This document shows, piece by piece, positions 8,556 to 18,127 of a DNA stretch of 61,074 nt (within the stretch, counting starts at the first letter, position 1; each line of letters starts with the position of its first letter). The notes under the pieces are model-generated. The model saw only the letters and a program-made list of their open reading frames with translations. It ran no database searches and was not told the origin of the DNA. The position numbers and the translations under genes are program-made. Origin of the DNA: an uncultured Eubacteriales bacterium (GTDB lineage Bacteria; Bacillota; Clostridia; Christensenellales; UBA1242); assembly GCA_900552105.1 (NCBI GenBank), contig URYH01000003.1, positions 1-61,074 of the forward strand. The letters run 5' to 3'.

Positions 8556-9857
8556 ATGTACTCACAGATTTTAAATATTGTAAATTATATAATTATTGGT
8601 TTGATGTGTTTGTCACTTCTTTTGATGTGCGTAAAAATTGCTGCACATATTTATGGCCTTATACCTGCGGTCAAACTTCCCGAGGCAAAAACAAATCATA
8701 AATTTGCAATTCTAATTCCTGCGCGAAACGAAAGCCATGTAATCAACAACCTTTTGCAAAGTTTACAAAAGCAAGAGTATCCAAAAGATAAATATGACAT
8801 TTATGTTATTGTTGAAAGTGCAGACGATCCGACAAACGAAATTTGCAAACAATATGAAAATACACAAGTTTTTGTCAGACCAAATCTTGACATCAAAAGA
8901 AAAGGTGCCGCACTTGACCAAATGCTGAAATATTTGCTTGAAAACAATATATCAAAAGAAAAAGGGTATGAGGCATATTTTGTCTTTGATGCGGATAATA
9001 TTGTTGCGCCAAACTTCCTTTTTGAAATGAATAAGACCTTTGATGCCGGATATGAACTTGCAATGTGTTATAGGAATTCCAGCAATTGGAATGGTGGCTG
9101 GATTGCAAGTTGTTCTGCCCTCACATTTTCAATGGTCAACACTTTCGAAAATAAATTTCGTGCAAAGTTTTCACAAAAAGTTATTGTTTCTGGAACAGGT
9201 TTTTTCATTGCACATCGCGTGATTGAAGAACTTGGCGGCTATCCTTTTTATAGTTTGACGGAAGACATGGAACTGAGCAGTTTTGCCGCTCTTAATAACA
9301 TAAAAGGTGCATACAACGAAAACACAGAAATCTTTGACGAACAACCCGAAAATTTTAAACTGCAATGGAATCAGAGAGTCCGTTGGGTCAAAGGACATAT
9401 GCAGGTCGGAAAAAAATACAATAAATTAATTTTGAAAGAATTTTTCAAATCTCGTGAACACCGGTTTGGAAAATTGGAGTTTGCGCTAAATATTGTTCCA
9501 GTTGCCGTTCCCGTTTGTTCGGTTTTGCTCTATGCAATAACCTGCTTGGTTCTAGGCATTGTTGGAGCAAGTCTACAAGTGGACAAAGCACTTTGGATTC
9601 AGGCGTTCATTCAATTTGGCATTGCAAATGTAGGCACATATTTATTCTTGATGTTCTATACTCTCGCGATTTTGCTCGCAGAAAAAAAACACTGCAACAT
9701 AACACCAAAAAATGCGTTCATTACAGTGCTTGCAAATCCTTTCTTCATGTCCCTATGGTTGCCAATCGGCATTTTTGCGATGTTTAAAAAACAAGTTTCA
9801 TGGAAAGTTATTGAACATTCTGGCACTTCTCAAAAAGATTCTACTCTTTCCACTTAA
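8556..9857 (+). CDS. Membrane-bound family-2 glycosyltransferase (processive type)
   Basis: IPARNE...DADN...QRVRW (QxxRW) motifs with flanking TM segments. Confidence 0.8.
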   Translation: MYSQILNIVNYIIIGLMCLSLLLMCVKIAAHIYGLIPAVKLPEAKTNHKFAILIPARNESHVINNLLQSLQKQEYPKDKYDIYVIVESADDPTNEICKQYENTQVFVRPNLDIKRKGAALDQMLKYLLENNISKEKGYEAYFVFDADNIVAPNFLFEMNKTFDAGYELAMCYRNSSNWNGGWIASCSALTFSMVNTFENKFRAKFSQKVIVSGTGFFIAHRVIEELGGYPFYSLTEDMELSSFAALNNIKGAYNENTEIFDEQPENFKLQWNQRVRWVKGHMQVGKKYNKLILKEFFKSREHRFGKLEFALNIVPVAVPVCSVLLYAITCLVLGIVGASLQVDKALWIQAFIQFGIANVGTYLFLMFYTLAILLAEKKHCNITPKNAFITVLANPFFMSLWLPIGIFAMFKKQVSWKVIEHSGTSQKDSTLST

Positions 9858-11646
9858 CGTTCATAATGCGGTTTGAGTCATAATATTTGACGTGACCGCA
9901 AGTTGCTTTGTGAATAATCAAGCCTCTTCCTTGTGAAATAAAGCCAACAATGTCGTCACCGACCTCAGGTTGGCAACAATTTGCGATTTTAATCAACATG
10001 TTATCTCCGCCCTCAACAACAATTTTTTTCTCAAGACTATCGTTTCCAGTTTGGAGACGATTTTTCTTTTCCAAGATTTTTTGTTGTCGAAGTTTGATTT
10101 GGTGGAAATGATTAACCACAGTCATCGCATTTGTTGACCCTCCGCCAATCGAAGCATAGAGTTCTTCGACGCCAACAAAACTGCCGCGAGCAAGAAGTTT
10201 TGCAAATTCTTGTGTGTCCACAATTTCTGCCAAACTCATGTTTTGGTTTTTGCACGCAAGTTCAAGCATGTTCTTCCCAACTCTGATATTTTCTTCTTTC
10301 ATTTCCTTTTTGAAGAACTGACGGATTTTGTGTCGCGCTGAAATGCTTTTGACATATTTGAGCCAGTCACGACTTGGTCCCGAGCATTTTGGAGAAGTTA
10401 TGATGTTGACAACATCGCCAGAGTTGAGCTTTGTTGTGATTGGTCGCATTTTTCCATTAATTTGTGTGCCAACCATGTGATTTCCAACTTCACTATGAAT
10501 TTCATAGGCAAAATCAATTGATGTTGAGCCTTCTGGAAGATGCACAACTTTGCCTTTTGGTGTTTGAACAAAGATTTCGCCGTCATAGATATCAACTTTT
10601 AAGCTGTCAATCATTTCTTTGCTTGTGAGATTGTCATTCTCTTCCAAAATTTGACGAATCCAACCGAGTTTTTCATCAAGAGAATCTTGCTTGTTTCTCT
10701 TTTCTTTATACATCCAGTGTGCCGCATAACCATATTCCGCGGACCTGTGCATATCAAAAGTTCTCACTTGAATTTCAACTGGAAGCCCCTCAAATAGTAT
10801 TGTTGTGTGAAGCGACTGATAACCATTGGATTTTGGCGTTGCAATATAGTCTTTGAATCTGCCACGAATTGGGGTGAAAAGTTGGTGAACTTTTCCCAAA
10901 ACAGCATAGCATTCAGGAAGTGTGTCGACAAGAACACGAAGAGCCACGAGATCATAGATGTCGTCAATGTTTTCGTGTTTTGAGATGAGTTTTTTATAAA
11001 TTGAATACGCGTGTTTTCTGCGTCCCATAATTTCGCCATGAATTTCAAGTTCGCCGAGGATTTGACGCAAGTTTTGTCTTATTTTTTCAATCATGCTTTG
11101 TGCAAGAATGTATTTATTTTCAACCGCACTTTCAATTTCGCGATATTTTTGGGGGTGTAAAATTTTGAACGAACAATCTTCAAGTTCGCTCTTTATTTTT
11201 GAAAGACCGAGGCGGGCAGCAAGTGGCGCAAACAAGTCAAGATTGAGTTTTGCCAACGCTTTGAGTTCTTCCGCTGAATACAAGTCTTGATTTCTCATTT
11301 GTGCAACAACAAAAGCAAGCTTGATAAAAATTATTCTAAAATCTTTTGCGAGCGCAAAATACATTTTTCTGATATTTTCGGCCTCTTCTTCTTCATTGTT
11401 ATATTGAACCTTATGCAGTTCGATGAGCCCATGAAGCATGCCAAAAACCTCTTCGCCAAATTCGTCAACAATTTGCTCTTTTGTTAGAGTTTGGTTTGAA
11501 TATGGCATATAAAGACTTGCGGCAATGATGCTGCTTTGGTCAAGTTTTGTTTCATTCAACAATTCTATCGCGGAATTTGTTTTTCTGATTTCCGACTCGG
11601 AACAATTCTTTTCAAGGATTATTTTTGCTTGTTCAATTTTTTCCAT
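9841..11646 (-). CDS. rel: Long RelA/SpoT-homologue (p)ppGpp synthetase with a degenerate hydrolase domain
   Basis: Synthetase core (RRKHAYSIYKK..., YQSLHT), a TGS domain, and the zinc-finger CCQPEVGDDIVGFIS. The HD dyad is replaced (AASLYMPYSNQ). Confidence 0.85.
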   Translation of the reverse strand: MEKIEQAKIILEKNCSESEIRKTNSAIELLNETKLDQSSIIAASLYMPYSNQTLTKEQIVDEFGEEVFGMLHGLIELHKVQYNNEEEEAENIRKMYFALAKDFRIIFIKLAFVVAQMRNQDLYSAEELKALAKLNLDLFAPLAARLGLSKIKSELEDCSFKILHPQKYREIESAVENKYILAQSMIEKIRQNLRQILGELEIHGEIMGRRKHAYSIYKKLISKHENIDDIYDLVALRVLVDTLPECYAVLGKVHQLFTPIRGRFKDYIATPKSNGYQSLHTTILFEGLPVEIQVRTFDMHRSAEYGYAAHWMYKEKRNKQDSLDEKLGWIRQILEENDNLTSKEMIDSLKVDIYDGEIFVQTPKGKVVHLPEGSTSIDFAYEIHSEVGNHMVGTQINGKMRPITTKLNSGDVVNIITSPKCSGPSRDWLKYVKSISARHKIRQFFKKEMKEENIRVGKNMLELACKNQNMSLAEIVDTQEFAKLLARGSFVGVEELYASIGGGSTNAMTVVNHFHQIKLRQQKILEKKNRLQTGNDSLEKKIVVEGGDNMLIKIANCCQPEVGDDIVGFISQGRGLIIHKATCGHVKYYDSNRIMNVKWKE

Positions 11647-11777
11647 GCTTTCCTCTTTTTGTTATGATATAAATATATAAAATTTTTGTCAAACAAAACG
11701 CATTGACAAACATTTTCGTTTCCCTTTACAAAAATGGAAGATTTTGTTAAAATGATTAAAACTAATTCGAGGTGTTT

Positions 11778-12512
11778 ATGAGCGTTAATCCTTCTGAACT
11801 TAATGATTTGGCATCAGTTGATGTGATGTTTGCTGAAATAATGGCAGAAAGTGGAGTGAATCCAATTCCAACAGTTTGTGACGGGTGCGACATGAGCATT
11901 TTGGAACAAGACAACAAGACGGTTGGTTCTGCTTTTGAAAGAGCAGAAGCAAACATTCAAATTCTTATTTCCGCCCTTGACATGTCAATGGATATGCAAA
12001 ACAAAGACAGCATCGCTCGAGTTGTTGACAACCTTCGCGAAAAACAACAAATCATCGCCAACGCAAAACAAAACTTCAAGGATCCAAATTATAATTTTGT
12101 TGAGCTCTACACCGACCTTAAAAAAGTGCAAAACAAACTCGGCCTCAATCTCAATTGTCCAGAAATGAACGTTCTCAAACTTACTGAAGAAAATTTTGAT
12201 GTTGACAAAACAAAAGAAAAAGTTATGCAAGCCGCAAAAGAACTTGACCAATTCATCAAAGAGGGCGAGGAAAACTTCAAAGAATATTTGTCTGACACCA
12301 CAGAACTCTACGAAGAAAAAATTTCTGACAAAATGAAACAAAAGATTCAAGAAGTCAAACGCAGAAAAGAAATGCAACGCGAAAATCAAATGAGACTCGC
12401 AAATCGCGTTCACGCAAGAACTCAAACCCCCGCTCCAGAGCCCGTCAAACAGCCCGTTGAAAAAACTCAATCACCAAAGATTCCAACAAACGAAAATTCA
12501 CTCGGAAGATAA
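11778..12512 (+). CDS. Hypothetical acidic coiled-coil protein
   Basis: ORF with SD gaggtg 4 nt upstream of the ATG at 11778. No family recognised. Confidence 0.55.
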   Translation: MSVNPSELNDLASVDVMFAEIMAESGVNPIPTVCDGCDMSILEQDNKTVGSAFERAEANIQILISALDMSMDMQNKDSIARVVDNLREKQQIIANAKQNFKDPNYNFVELYTDLKKVQNKLGLNLNCPEMNVLKLTEENFDVDKTKEKVMQAAKELDQFIKEGEENFKEYLSDTTELYEEKISDKMKQKIQEVKRRKEMQRENQMRLANRVHARTQTPAPEPVKQPVEKTQSPKIPTNENSLGR

Positions 12513-12515
12513 CAA

Positions 12516-12547
12516 CAAAAAAACACGGTACAATCTCCGTGTTTTTA
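12516..12547 (+). terminator. Intrinsic terminator
   Basis: Stem acacgg/ccgtgt followed by a T-run. Confidence 0.65.
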
Positions 12548-12588
12548 TTGTCTTCAATATTTTTCAATGTTTTGAGCTTTATTCATGT

Positions 12589-12936
12589 CTATTTTTCTGC
12601 TTTGTGATTTGGACACTCGTGAGTTTCTGGGTCAAGTGGCATTCCGCATTTTTGACATTTTTCTTGGTTTATTGTCCCCATTCCAAGATTTTCCTCAGCA
12701 ATGCTGCCTTTGGTCGCAACAAGAGCAGACGCAGTCCAAACAAATGTAATTCCATAAATGATGCAAAACGCAGAAAGAATAAGTCCAACAACTCCACCGA
12801 CAATCAATGGAACATTTATCTTGAGCGCACCAAAAACAACACCCAAAACTCCAAGGACGCCAAATGTCACAGCAAGCACAATCAACACGATGCCGAATGC
12901 TGATAATCCCCTTTTACCTTTTTCAATTTTGTTCAT
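12589..12936 (-). CDS. Small membrane protein with a C-terminal zinc ribbon
   Basis: Three hydrophobic segments, then CQKCG...HECPNH. It is last in a three-gene co-directional cluster. Confidence 0.6.
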   Translation of the reverse strand: MNKIEKGKRGLSAFGIVLIVLAVTFGVLGVLGVVFGALKINVPLIVGGVVGLILSAFCIIYGITFVWTASALVATKGSIAEENLGMGTINQEKCQKCGMPLDPETHECPNHKAEK

Positions 12937-12945
12937 AAAAACCTC

Positions 12946-13992
12946 CTATTTTAAATATTGAACCAAAATAAAAATTCCCAAAATTATTAAAATCATCGCA
13001 ATAACAAAGAATGTAATTTTGACTCCACTCCTTGGAATGCCACCACCAACTTGACCTGTTTGACCATTCATAAAAGTTGTGTAATTTTTGTTCTTGTATG
13101 AGTAGTTAAATCGATATGTTGGAAGAATTCCATAAGAGAACTTTTCATCAGAAAAATCAGTTGAAACATTAAGATATTGCACTCCATCATATGAATAGCC
13201 AGACAAAATATTTCGCCTTATTGCTTCTCTCATTACCTCTCGTGCAGTGCTATGGCAGTCATCAACTTTATCATCATTCATTTCAACAAAATATCCTCTC
13301 AAAAAATCTTCGTTGAATTCATAGAACTCTGAATAGTTAAATGGCTTGATTGCGTCAAGTTCTGTTTGACTGATATGGGCACTTGCCTCAATCGTGATGT
13401 TTTTGTGAATCATTTGCTTGTTCCCCGAAATGGAAAACGACTTTGTTGTTGTCACAAGTCTATCATTAACTCTTGTTGTTTCGTTTCGAAGAAGAACGCC
13501 GTTGTATCTGCTCTTGGAGTTTGCATCAAACAAAAATGTTGGAATGTAAATGCCTTGGATTTTGCTTTCTGGAACTTGCTTTTTAAATTTGTTTGGAACA
13601 AAAAGTTTTTTCTTCACGCCTTGAGCAAATTTTTTGGAAGCCTCAACTTTGTCAAACTGAAAAGGAATTATTGCATCGGGTTTTAGCCCCGGGATTAACG
13701 AGGTTTCAACAACGAGTGAACTTGAACAATACGGACAATTTGTTGCATATTCAAGTCTGTTAAGAACAACACTTGCGCCACAATTTTGACATTTAACAAC
13801 TTTGTTTTCGTTCTCCCACGCATTTTGCTTTTGTGTCTGATTTCCAAAATCATGTTTTGGGCAACATTTCTCCGCTTCAATTTGATAAATGCTTTCACAA
13901 TTTGGACATTTCAAACTCTGTGTGCTGGGAGAAAACAACAAGTTTCCCCCACAGCTCGAGCATTTTTGATGTGTCGCTTCAATTTTTGTCAT
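12946..13992 (-). CDS. YdjG-like double zinc-ribbon protein with a C-terminal TM anchor
   Basis: CSSCGG..CPNC and CQNCG..CPYC motifs, and a C-terminal TM helix. TAATG stop/start overlap with the upstream SPFH gene. Confidence 0.7.
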   Translation of the reverse strand: MTKIEATHQKCSSCGGNLLFSPSTQSLKCPNCESIYQIEAEKCCPKHDFGNQTQKQNAWENENKVVKCQNCGASVVLNRLEYATNCPYCSSSLVVETSLIPGLKPDAIIPFQFDKVEASKKFAQGVKKKLFVPNKFKKQVPESKIQGIYIPTFLFDANSKSRYNGVLLRNETTRVNDRLVTTTKSFSISGNKQMIHKNITIEASAHISQTELDAIKPFNYSEFYEFNEDFLRGYFVEMNDDKVDDCHSTAREVMREAIRRNILSGYSYDGVQYLNVSTDFSDEKFSYGILPTYRFNYSYKNKNYTTFMNGQTGQVGGGIPRSGVKITFFVIAMILIILGIFILVQYLK

Positions 13993-15107
13993 TATTTTAT
14001 CTTTTCTCCACATTCAGGGCAGAACTTTGCTCCTGCTTTGAGAACCACCCCGCATTTTGGACATTTTTTCACAAGTTGTTCTCCACATTCTGGACAGAAT
14101 TTTGCTGATTTTGAAACCGCTGCTCCACATTTTGGACAAGCCGCTCCTTGACGAGCACCACATTCTGGACAGAATTTTGCATTAGCTTTGATTGAAGCCC
14201 CACATTTCACGCATTGAGCAGAAGGCGATTTTGTTTTGTTTTCTGTTGAAAGCGAATTCGCGAACATATTTCCGATTGCACCACCTGCACCAAGTCCAAC
14301 CCCGAGTCCAGCCAAGTTTCCGCCGCTTGGATTGTTTGCTGCATCTCTCATTGCGTTTGCCGCTTGATATTGAGTGTATGTTCCCATTTTTGATTCCAAA
14401 ACACCAAGTTTTGTTCTTTCATCAAGAGCTTTTTCAACTTCTTCTGGAAATGAAATGTTTTCAAAAACAACCTTGCAAAGTTTGAGTCCCAACGCTCCAA
14501 ATTCTTCTTTTGAACATTCGACAACTTTGTCGCCAAACTCTTTGTAGTTTGCGGCAAGGTCGAGTGCTGAAATTTCGCTTTCACCAATCGCATCTGTTAT
14601 TCCTTGAAGAACCATTGGCTTGAGTTGTTCCGCCATATCAGCAGTTGTATAAACTTCGTTTGTCCCAAACATTTCACGCATAAAAAGTTTTGCATCATCA
14701 ACTTTGTATGAATAAACACCAAAGCCGCGAAGTCTTATGTTTCCAAACTCATTATCTCTCATTGGAATTGGGTTTTGCGTTCCCCATTTTTGTCCAGTGA
14801 TTTGTTTCATGTTGACGAAATAAACGTCTGCTTTGATTGGACTTTCGAATCCTGTTGGAAGTGAAAGCATTTTTGTTATGATTGGAATGTTTTCACTTGC
14901 AAGTTTGTATGTGCCTTCTGAAAAGATGTCAGCAATTTGTCCTTTGTGAACAAAAAGCGCACATTGTGACGGACGAACAACAAGAGTTGAACTGTTCATG
15001 ATTTCATCGCGATCATTAAGTTGATATTTATAGACAACAGTGTCTTTGCCCATATCCTTGCATTCAATAACTTTTAATAATTGTTTTTTTATTCTAAAGA
15101 TTCCCAT
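13992..15107 (-). CDS. SPFH/band-7 'virion core protein-like' protein (YdjI-like) with three tandem C-terminal zinc ribbons
   Basis: N-terminal SPFH-type region, Gly-rich linker, then 3x (C-x-K-C-G ... AKFCPECG). Confidence 0.75.
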   Translation of the reverse strand: MGIFRIKKQLLKVIECKDMGKDTVVYKYQLNDRDEIMNSSTLVVRPSQCALFVHKGQIADIFSEGTYKLASENIPIITKMLSLPTGFESPIKADVYFVNMKQITGQKWGTQNPIPMRDNEFGNIRLRGFGVYSYKVDDAKLFMREMFGTNEVYTTADMAEQLKPMVLQGITDAIGESEISALDLAANYKEFGDKVVECSKEEFGALGLKLCKVVFENISFPEEVEKALDERTKLGVLESKMGTYTQYQAANAMRDAANNPSGGNLAGLGVGLGAGGAIGNMFANSLSTENKTKSPSAQCVKCGASIKANAKFCPECGARQGAACPKCGAAVSKSAKFCPECGEQLVKKCPKCGVVLKAGAKFCPECGEKIK

Positions 15108-15361
15108 AAAACCCTCCTTGAATTTATTTTATCATTTTTTTTGATTTGCACCAACAAATTTGAACAAAAACTCCTAACTTCCACAATATGGACACGTGTC
15201 GTTTTTGTCACCTGCTCAAAATGATCGAGCAAACCAAAAGTGTTGTTATTTGTTTTTTCATTTTTTCCATAAAAATATTATATTCGATAAATGCCAAATA
15301 CGCAAATAATCGAATTTGCATTTTTTATTATTTTGTGTTAAACTGTTTCGAAAGGAGCAAC

Positions 15362-15799
15362 ATGAAGAATATAACAGAAAAGTTTGAAAGCATTGAAAAA
15401 ACCTATGAAGAGCTAAAATGTTTTGTCACATTAGATCAAATTTCACCTTTTATGCAAATTGCAACAACTGCCGCAGCCATTGTCACACAAGACAATAATG
15501 TCTATTATGGCGTGAACATCAAAGGCGATTGTGGACTTGGCTTTTGCGCTGAAAGAAATGCACTCTCAACAATGCTCACTGCCGGCGAAACAAAAGTGAA
15601 ATATGTTTTGTGCATTGATCGCTCACTTTCTCCAAGGCTTCCTTGCGGAGCGTGCCGTGAATATATGCCACAAATTAATGCCGAAAACATGGACGCCAAA
15701 ATCGTCACAAGCATCTCGCCATTCAAGTTTGTCACTCTCAAATCTCTGCTCCCAGACTGGTGGGGATATGAAAAAATTGAAAGAAAAAACAAAAAATAA
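15362..15799 (+). CDS. cdd: Cytidine/deoxycytidylate deaminase-family protein
   Basis: Zinc ligand motifs CAERNA and PCGACREY. Confidence 0.75.
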   Translation: MKNITEKFESIEKTYEELKCFVTLDQISPFMQIATTAAAIVTQDNNVYYGVNIKGDCGLGFCAERNALSTMLTAGETKVKYVLCIDRSLSPRLPCGACREYMPQINAENMDAKIVTSISPFKFVTLKSLLPDWWGYEKIERKNKK

Positions 15800-15981
15800 T
15801 AAATTAAATTATTTTTTAGCATATTATTCTGCAAGTCTTTTGTTGATTGAGTTTCAGCCTGCTTGATTTCTATTTTTTAATCTGAATTTTTAATATTTTG
15901 TTTTAATTAATATGAATTTAAAATATTATTTTTAATTAATTTTATTTATTTTTGAATTTATTGTGACTTTTGTCGTGAGAT

Positions 15982-16014
15982 AAAAAAGTTCTGCAAGTTG
16001 TGCAGAACTTTTTG
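15982..16014. terminator. Bidirectional intrinsic terminator (cdd / asnS convergent)
   Basis: 9-bp stem agttctgca/tgcagaact flanked by an A-run and a T-run. Confidence 0.75.
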
Positions 16015-16017
16015 TTT

Positions 16018-17403
16018 TTAATATTCACAATTTTTGGGTGTTCGAGGGAACAGTTCAACATCTCGAATGTTTGCCACGCCCGTGAGATACATAATAACTC
16101 TTTCAAATCCAAGTCCAAATCCTGAGTGAACAACTCCGCCAAATCGTCTGAGGTTGAGATACCACCAATAATCTTTTTCTTTGAGACCTTTTTCAGCCAT
16201 CATTTCAAGCAAGACATCAAGTCTTTCTTCACGTTGGCTTCCTCCAACAATTTCTCCAACACCTGGAACAAGAAGGTCGCAAGCGGCAACTGTCTTTTTG
16301 TCATCATTAAGACGCATATAGAATGCTTTGAAGTCTTTTGGGAAATCTGTGAGGAATATTGGTTTTTTGTAAACAACTTCTGTGAGATATCTTTCATGCT
16401 CACTTTGAAGGTCTGTCCCCCACTCAACTTTATATTCGAATTTGTCATTGTGCTTTTTGAGAATTTCAACCGCTTCGGAATATGTCACTCTTCCAAACTC
16501 ACTGTTTTGAACATGTTTAAGTCTTTCAATGAGTGTTTTGTCAACAAACTGATTGAAGAATGCCATTTCATCTGGGCAATGTTCAAATACATACGAGATC
16601 AGATATTTAACCATCTTTTCAATGAGTTGCATATTATCTTCAAGATTGAAGAATGCCATTTCAGGCTCAATCATCCAAAACTCGCTTGCATGGCGAGCGG
16701 TGTTTGAGTTTTCAGAACGGAATGTTGGTCCAAAAGTATAGACTTTTGAAAAAGCAAGAGCCATTGCTTCGCCTTCAAGTTGTCCGGTTGGAGTCAAGAA
16801 AACATTTTTTCCAAAGAAGTCATTTTCAGGTGTCGCTTTTTCCATTTCTTTTTTGTCATAGAAATTGTGAGTTGTGACTCTGAACACATCACTTCCACCC
16901 TCACAATCAGCACCTGTGATAATTGGAGTATGAACATAAACAAATCCTTCATTTTTGAAGAATGTGTGGAGCGCATATGCAATTTCGCTTCTTATGCGGA
17001 AAACTGCATTAAACAAGTTTGTCCTTGGACGAAGATATGCTTGTTCTCTCAAAAATTCAAGAGAATGTCCTTTCTTTTGAAGAGGATAATCTGCACCTGT
17101 TGCAGAAATCACTTCAACATTTTTTGCAACGATATCAAAAGGTTGTTTGTTTTCTGGTGTGGCTTTCACTTCGCCTTCGACCATAATTGATGAACCTGCA
17201 TTAAGTTTTGCAATGGTGTCAAAACCTTCAACTTCTTTTCCAACAATAATTTGTGCCCCTTTGAAACTTGTTCCATCGTTGAGATCAACAAAAGCAAACG
17301 AGCCCATATCTCTCGCACTTCTCACCCAGCCACCAACTTTGATCGCTTTTCCTGAAAGGTCTTTTAAATCACAATAAATTTGTTTTATATCCGTCTTTTT
17401 CAT
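16018..17403 (-). CDS. asnS: Asparagine--tRNA ligase
   Basis: Class IIb motifs (FRSENSNTARHASEFWMIEPE, GGSQREER, GFGLGFER). Confidence 0.95.
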   Translation of the reverse strand: MKKTDIKQIYCDLKDLSGKAIKVGGWVRSARDMGSFAFVDLNDGTSFKGAQIIVGKEVEGFDTIAKLNAGSSIMVEGEVKATPENKQPFDIVAKNVEVISATGADYPLQKKGHSLEFLREQAYLRPRTNLFNAVFRIRSEIAYALHTFFKNEGFVYVHTPIITGADCEGGSDVFRVTTHNFYDKKEMEKATPENDFFGKNVFLTPTGQLEGEAMALAFSKVYTFGPTFRSENSNTARHASEFWMIEPEMAFFNLEDNMQLIEKMVKYLISYVFEHCPDEMAFFNQFVDKTLIERLKHVQNSEFGRVTYSEAVEILKKHNDKFEYKVEWGTDLQSEHERYLTEVVYKKPIFLTDFPKDFKAFYMRLNDDKKTVAACDLLVPGVGEIVGGSQREERLDVLLEMMAEKGLKEKDYWWYLNLRRFGGVVHSGFGLGFERVIMYLTGVANIRDVELFPRTPKNCEY

Positions 17404-17423
17404 AAGTCCTCGCTATAAAAGGT

Positions 17424-17452
17424 ATTTTAATTTTAAATCCATGCGTTGTCAA
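17424..17452 (-). promoter_or_regulatory. Predicted sigma-A promoter of asnS
   Basis: On the minus strand, TTGACA, a 17-nt spacer, then TAAAAT, about 20 nt upstream of the start codon region. Confidence 0.5.
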
Positions 17453-17515
17453 TCATTCGCCCCTCTTTCGCACCTTTTTTTTGCTCAAATCATAAATAAG
17501 CATATTGGAGGTGTT

Positions 17516-18022
17516 ATGGAAAACTCAATTTATCAAGTTGAAAAACCATATCCTGAACTTGTTGGTGCATCTTTTAGCCCCGAAACGATTGCAATCCTTC
17601 GAAATCTCTATGCTTCAAGGATTTCTGAATTTACTGCAATCGCTAACTACACCTATCAGGCGCGTGTTCTTGGAGAGCATAATCCTGATGTAACAAAACT
17701 TTTGGAAGGCATTTCAATGACGGAAATGCGACACTTGGAACTTTTGGGTGAAGCAATTGTTGAGTTCGGAGGTGACCCAGTTTATGCAAACTCGCGCGGA
17801 CAATTTTGGAGTGGCATATTTGTTGATCGCGACAAAAATGTGTGCAAAATCCTCAAAAACAACATACGCAGCGAAACTGGTGCAGTTGCTGAGTATTCGA
17901 TGGCAGCAACCCGTGTGAAAAACCAAAGTCTAGCAAGTTTATTGCTCCGAATCGCAGAAGATGAACAACTGCATAAAGAACTATTTGAAAAGGCACTGAC
18001 AGAACAAAACGAAAGAATTTGA
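17516..18022 (+). CDS. Ferritin-like di-iron/manganese protein (CotJC / Mn-catalase-like)
   Basis: IANYTYQ...MTEMRHLELLGEAI pattern. SD ggagg lies upstream of the ATG at 17516. Confidence 0.65.
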   Translation: MENSIYQVEKPYPELVGASFSPETIAILRNLYASRISEFTAIANYTYQARVLGEHNPDVTKLLEGISMTEMRHLELLGEAIVEFGGDPVYANSRGQFWSGIFVDRDKNVCKILKNNIRSETGAVAEYSMAATRVKNQSLASLLLRIAEDEQLHKELFEKALTEQNERI

Positions 18023-18030
18023 CAAAAAAC

Positions 18031-18062
18031 ATTTGCGAAACTTATTCGCAAATATTTTTTAT
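18031..18062 (+). terminator. Intrinsic terminator
   Basis: 9-bp stem atttgcgaa/ttcgcaaat followed by a T-run. Confidence 0.7.
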
Positions 18063-18127
18063 TCACATAATTATTGCAAATTTTGTTTTATGTTGTTATA
18101 CTCTTTTATTATATAAAGAGGATAGAT

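Noticed and set aside
13995-14213. Threefold DNA repeat cacattc(a/t)gg(g/a)cagaa(c/t)tttgc.
   Set aside because: It is not a non-coding repeat. It is the coding image (minus strand) of three tandem zinc-ribbon motifs AKFCPECG in the SPFH protein tail.
17404-17515. T-box leaders upstream of the four aminoacyl-tRNA synthetase genes (also 18063-18127, 23405-23412, 44139-44220).
   Set aside because: All upstream intergenic regions are 120 nt or shorter, AT-rich, and lack a specifier hairpin, T-box sequence or terminator/antiterminator pair.
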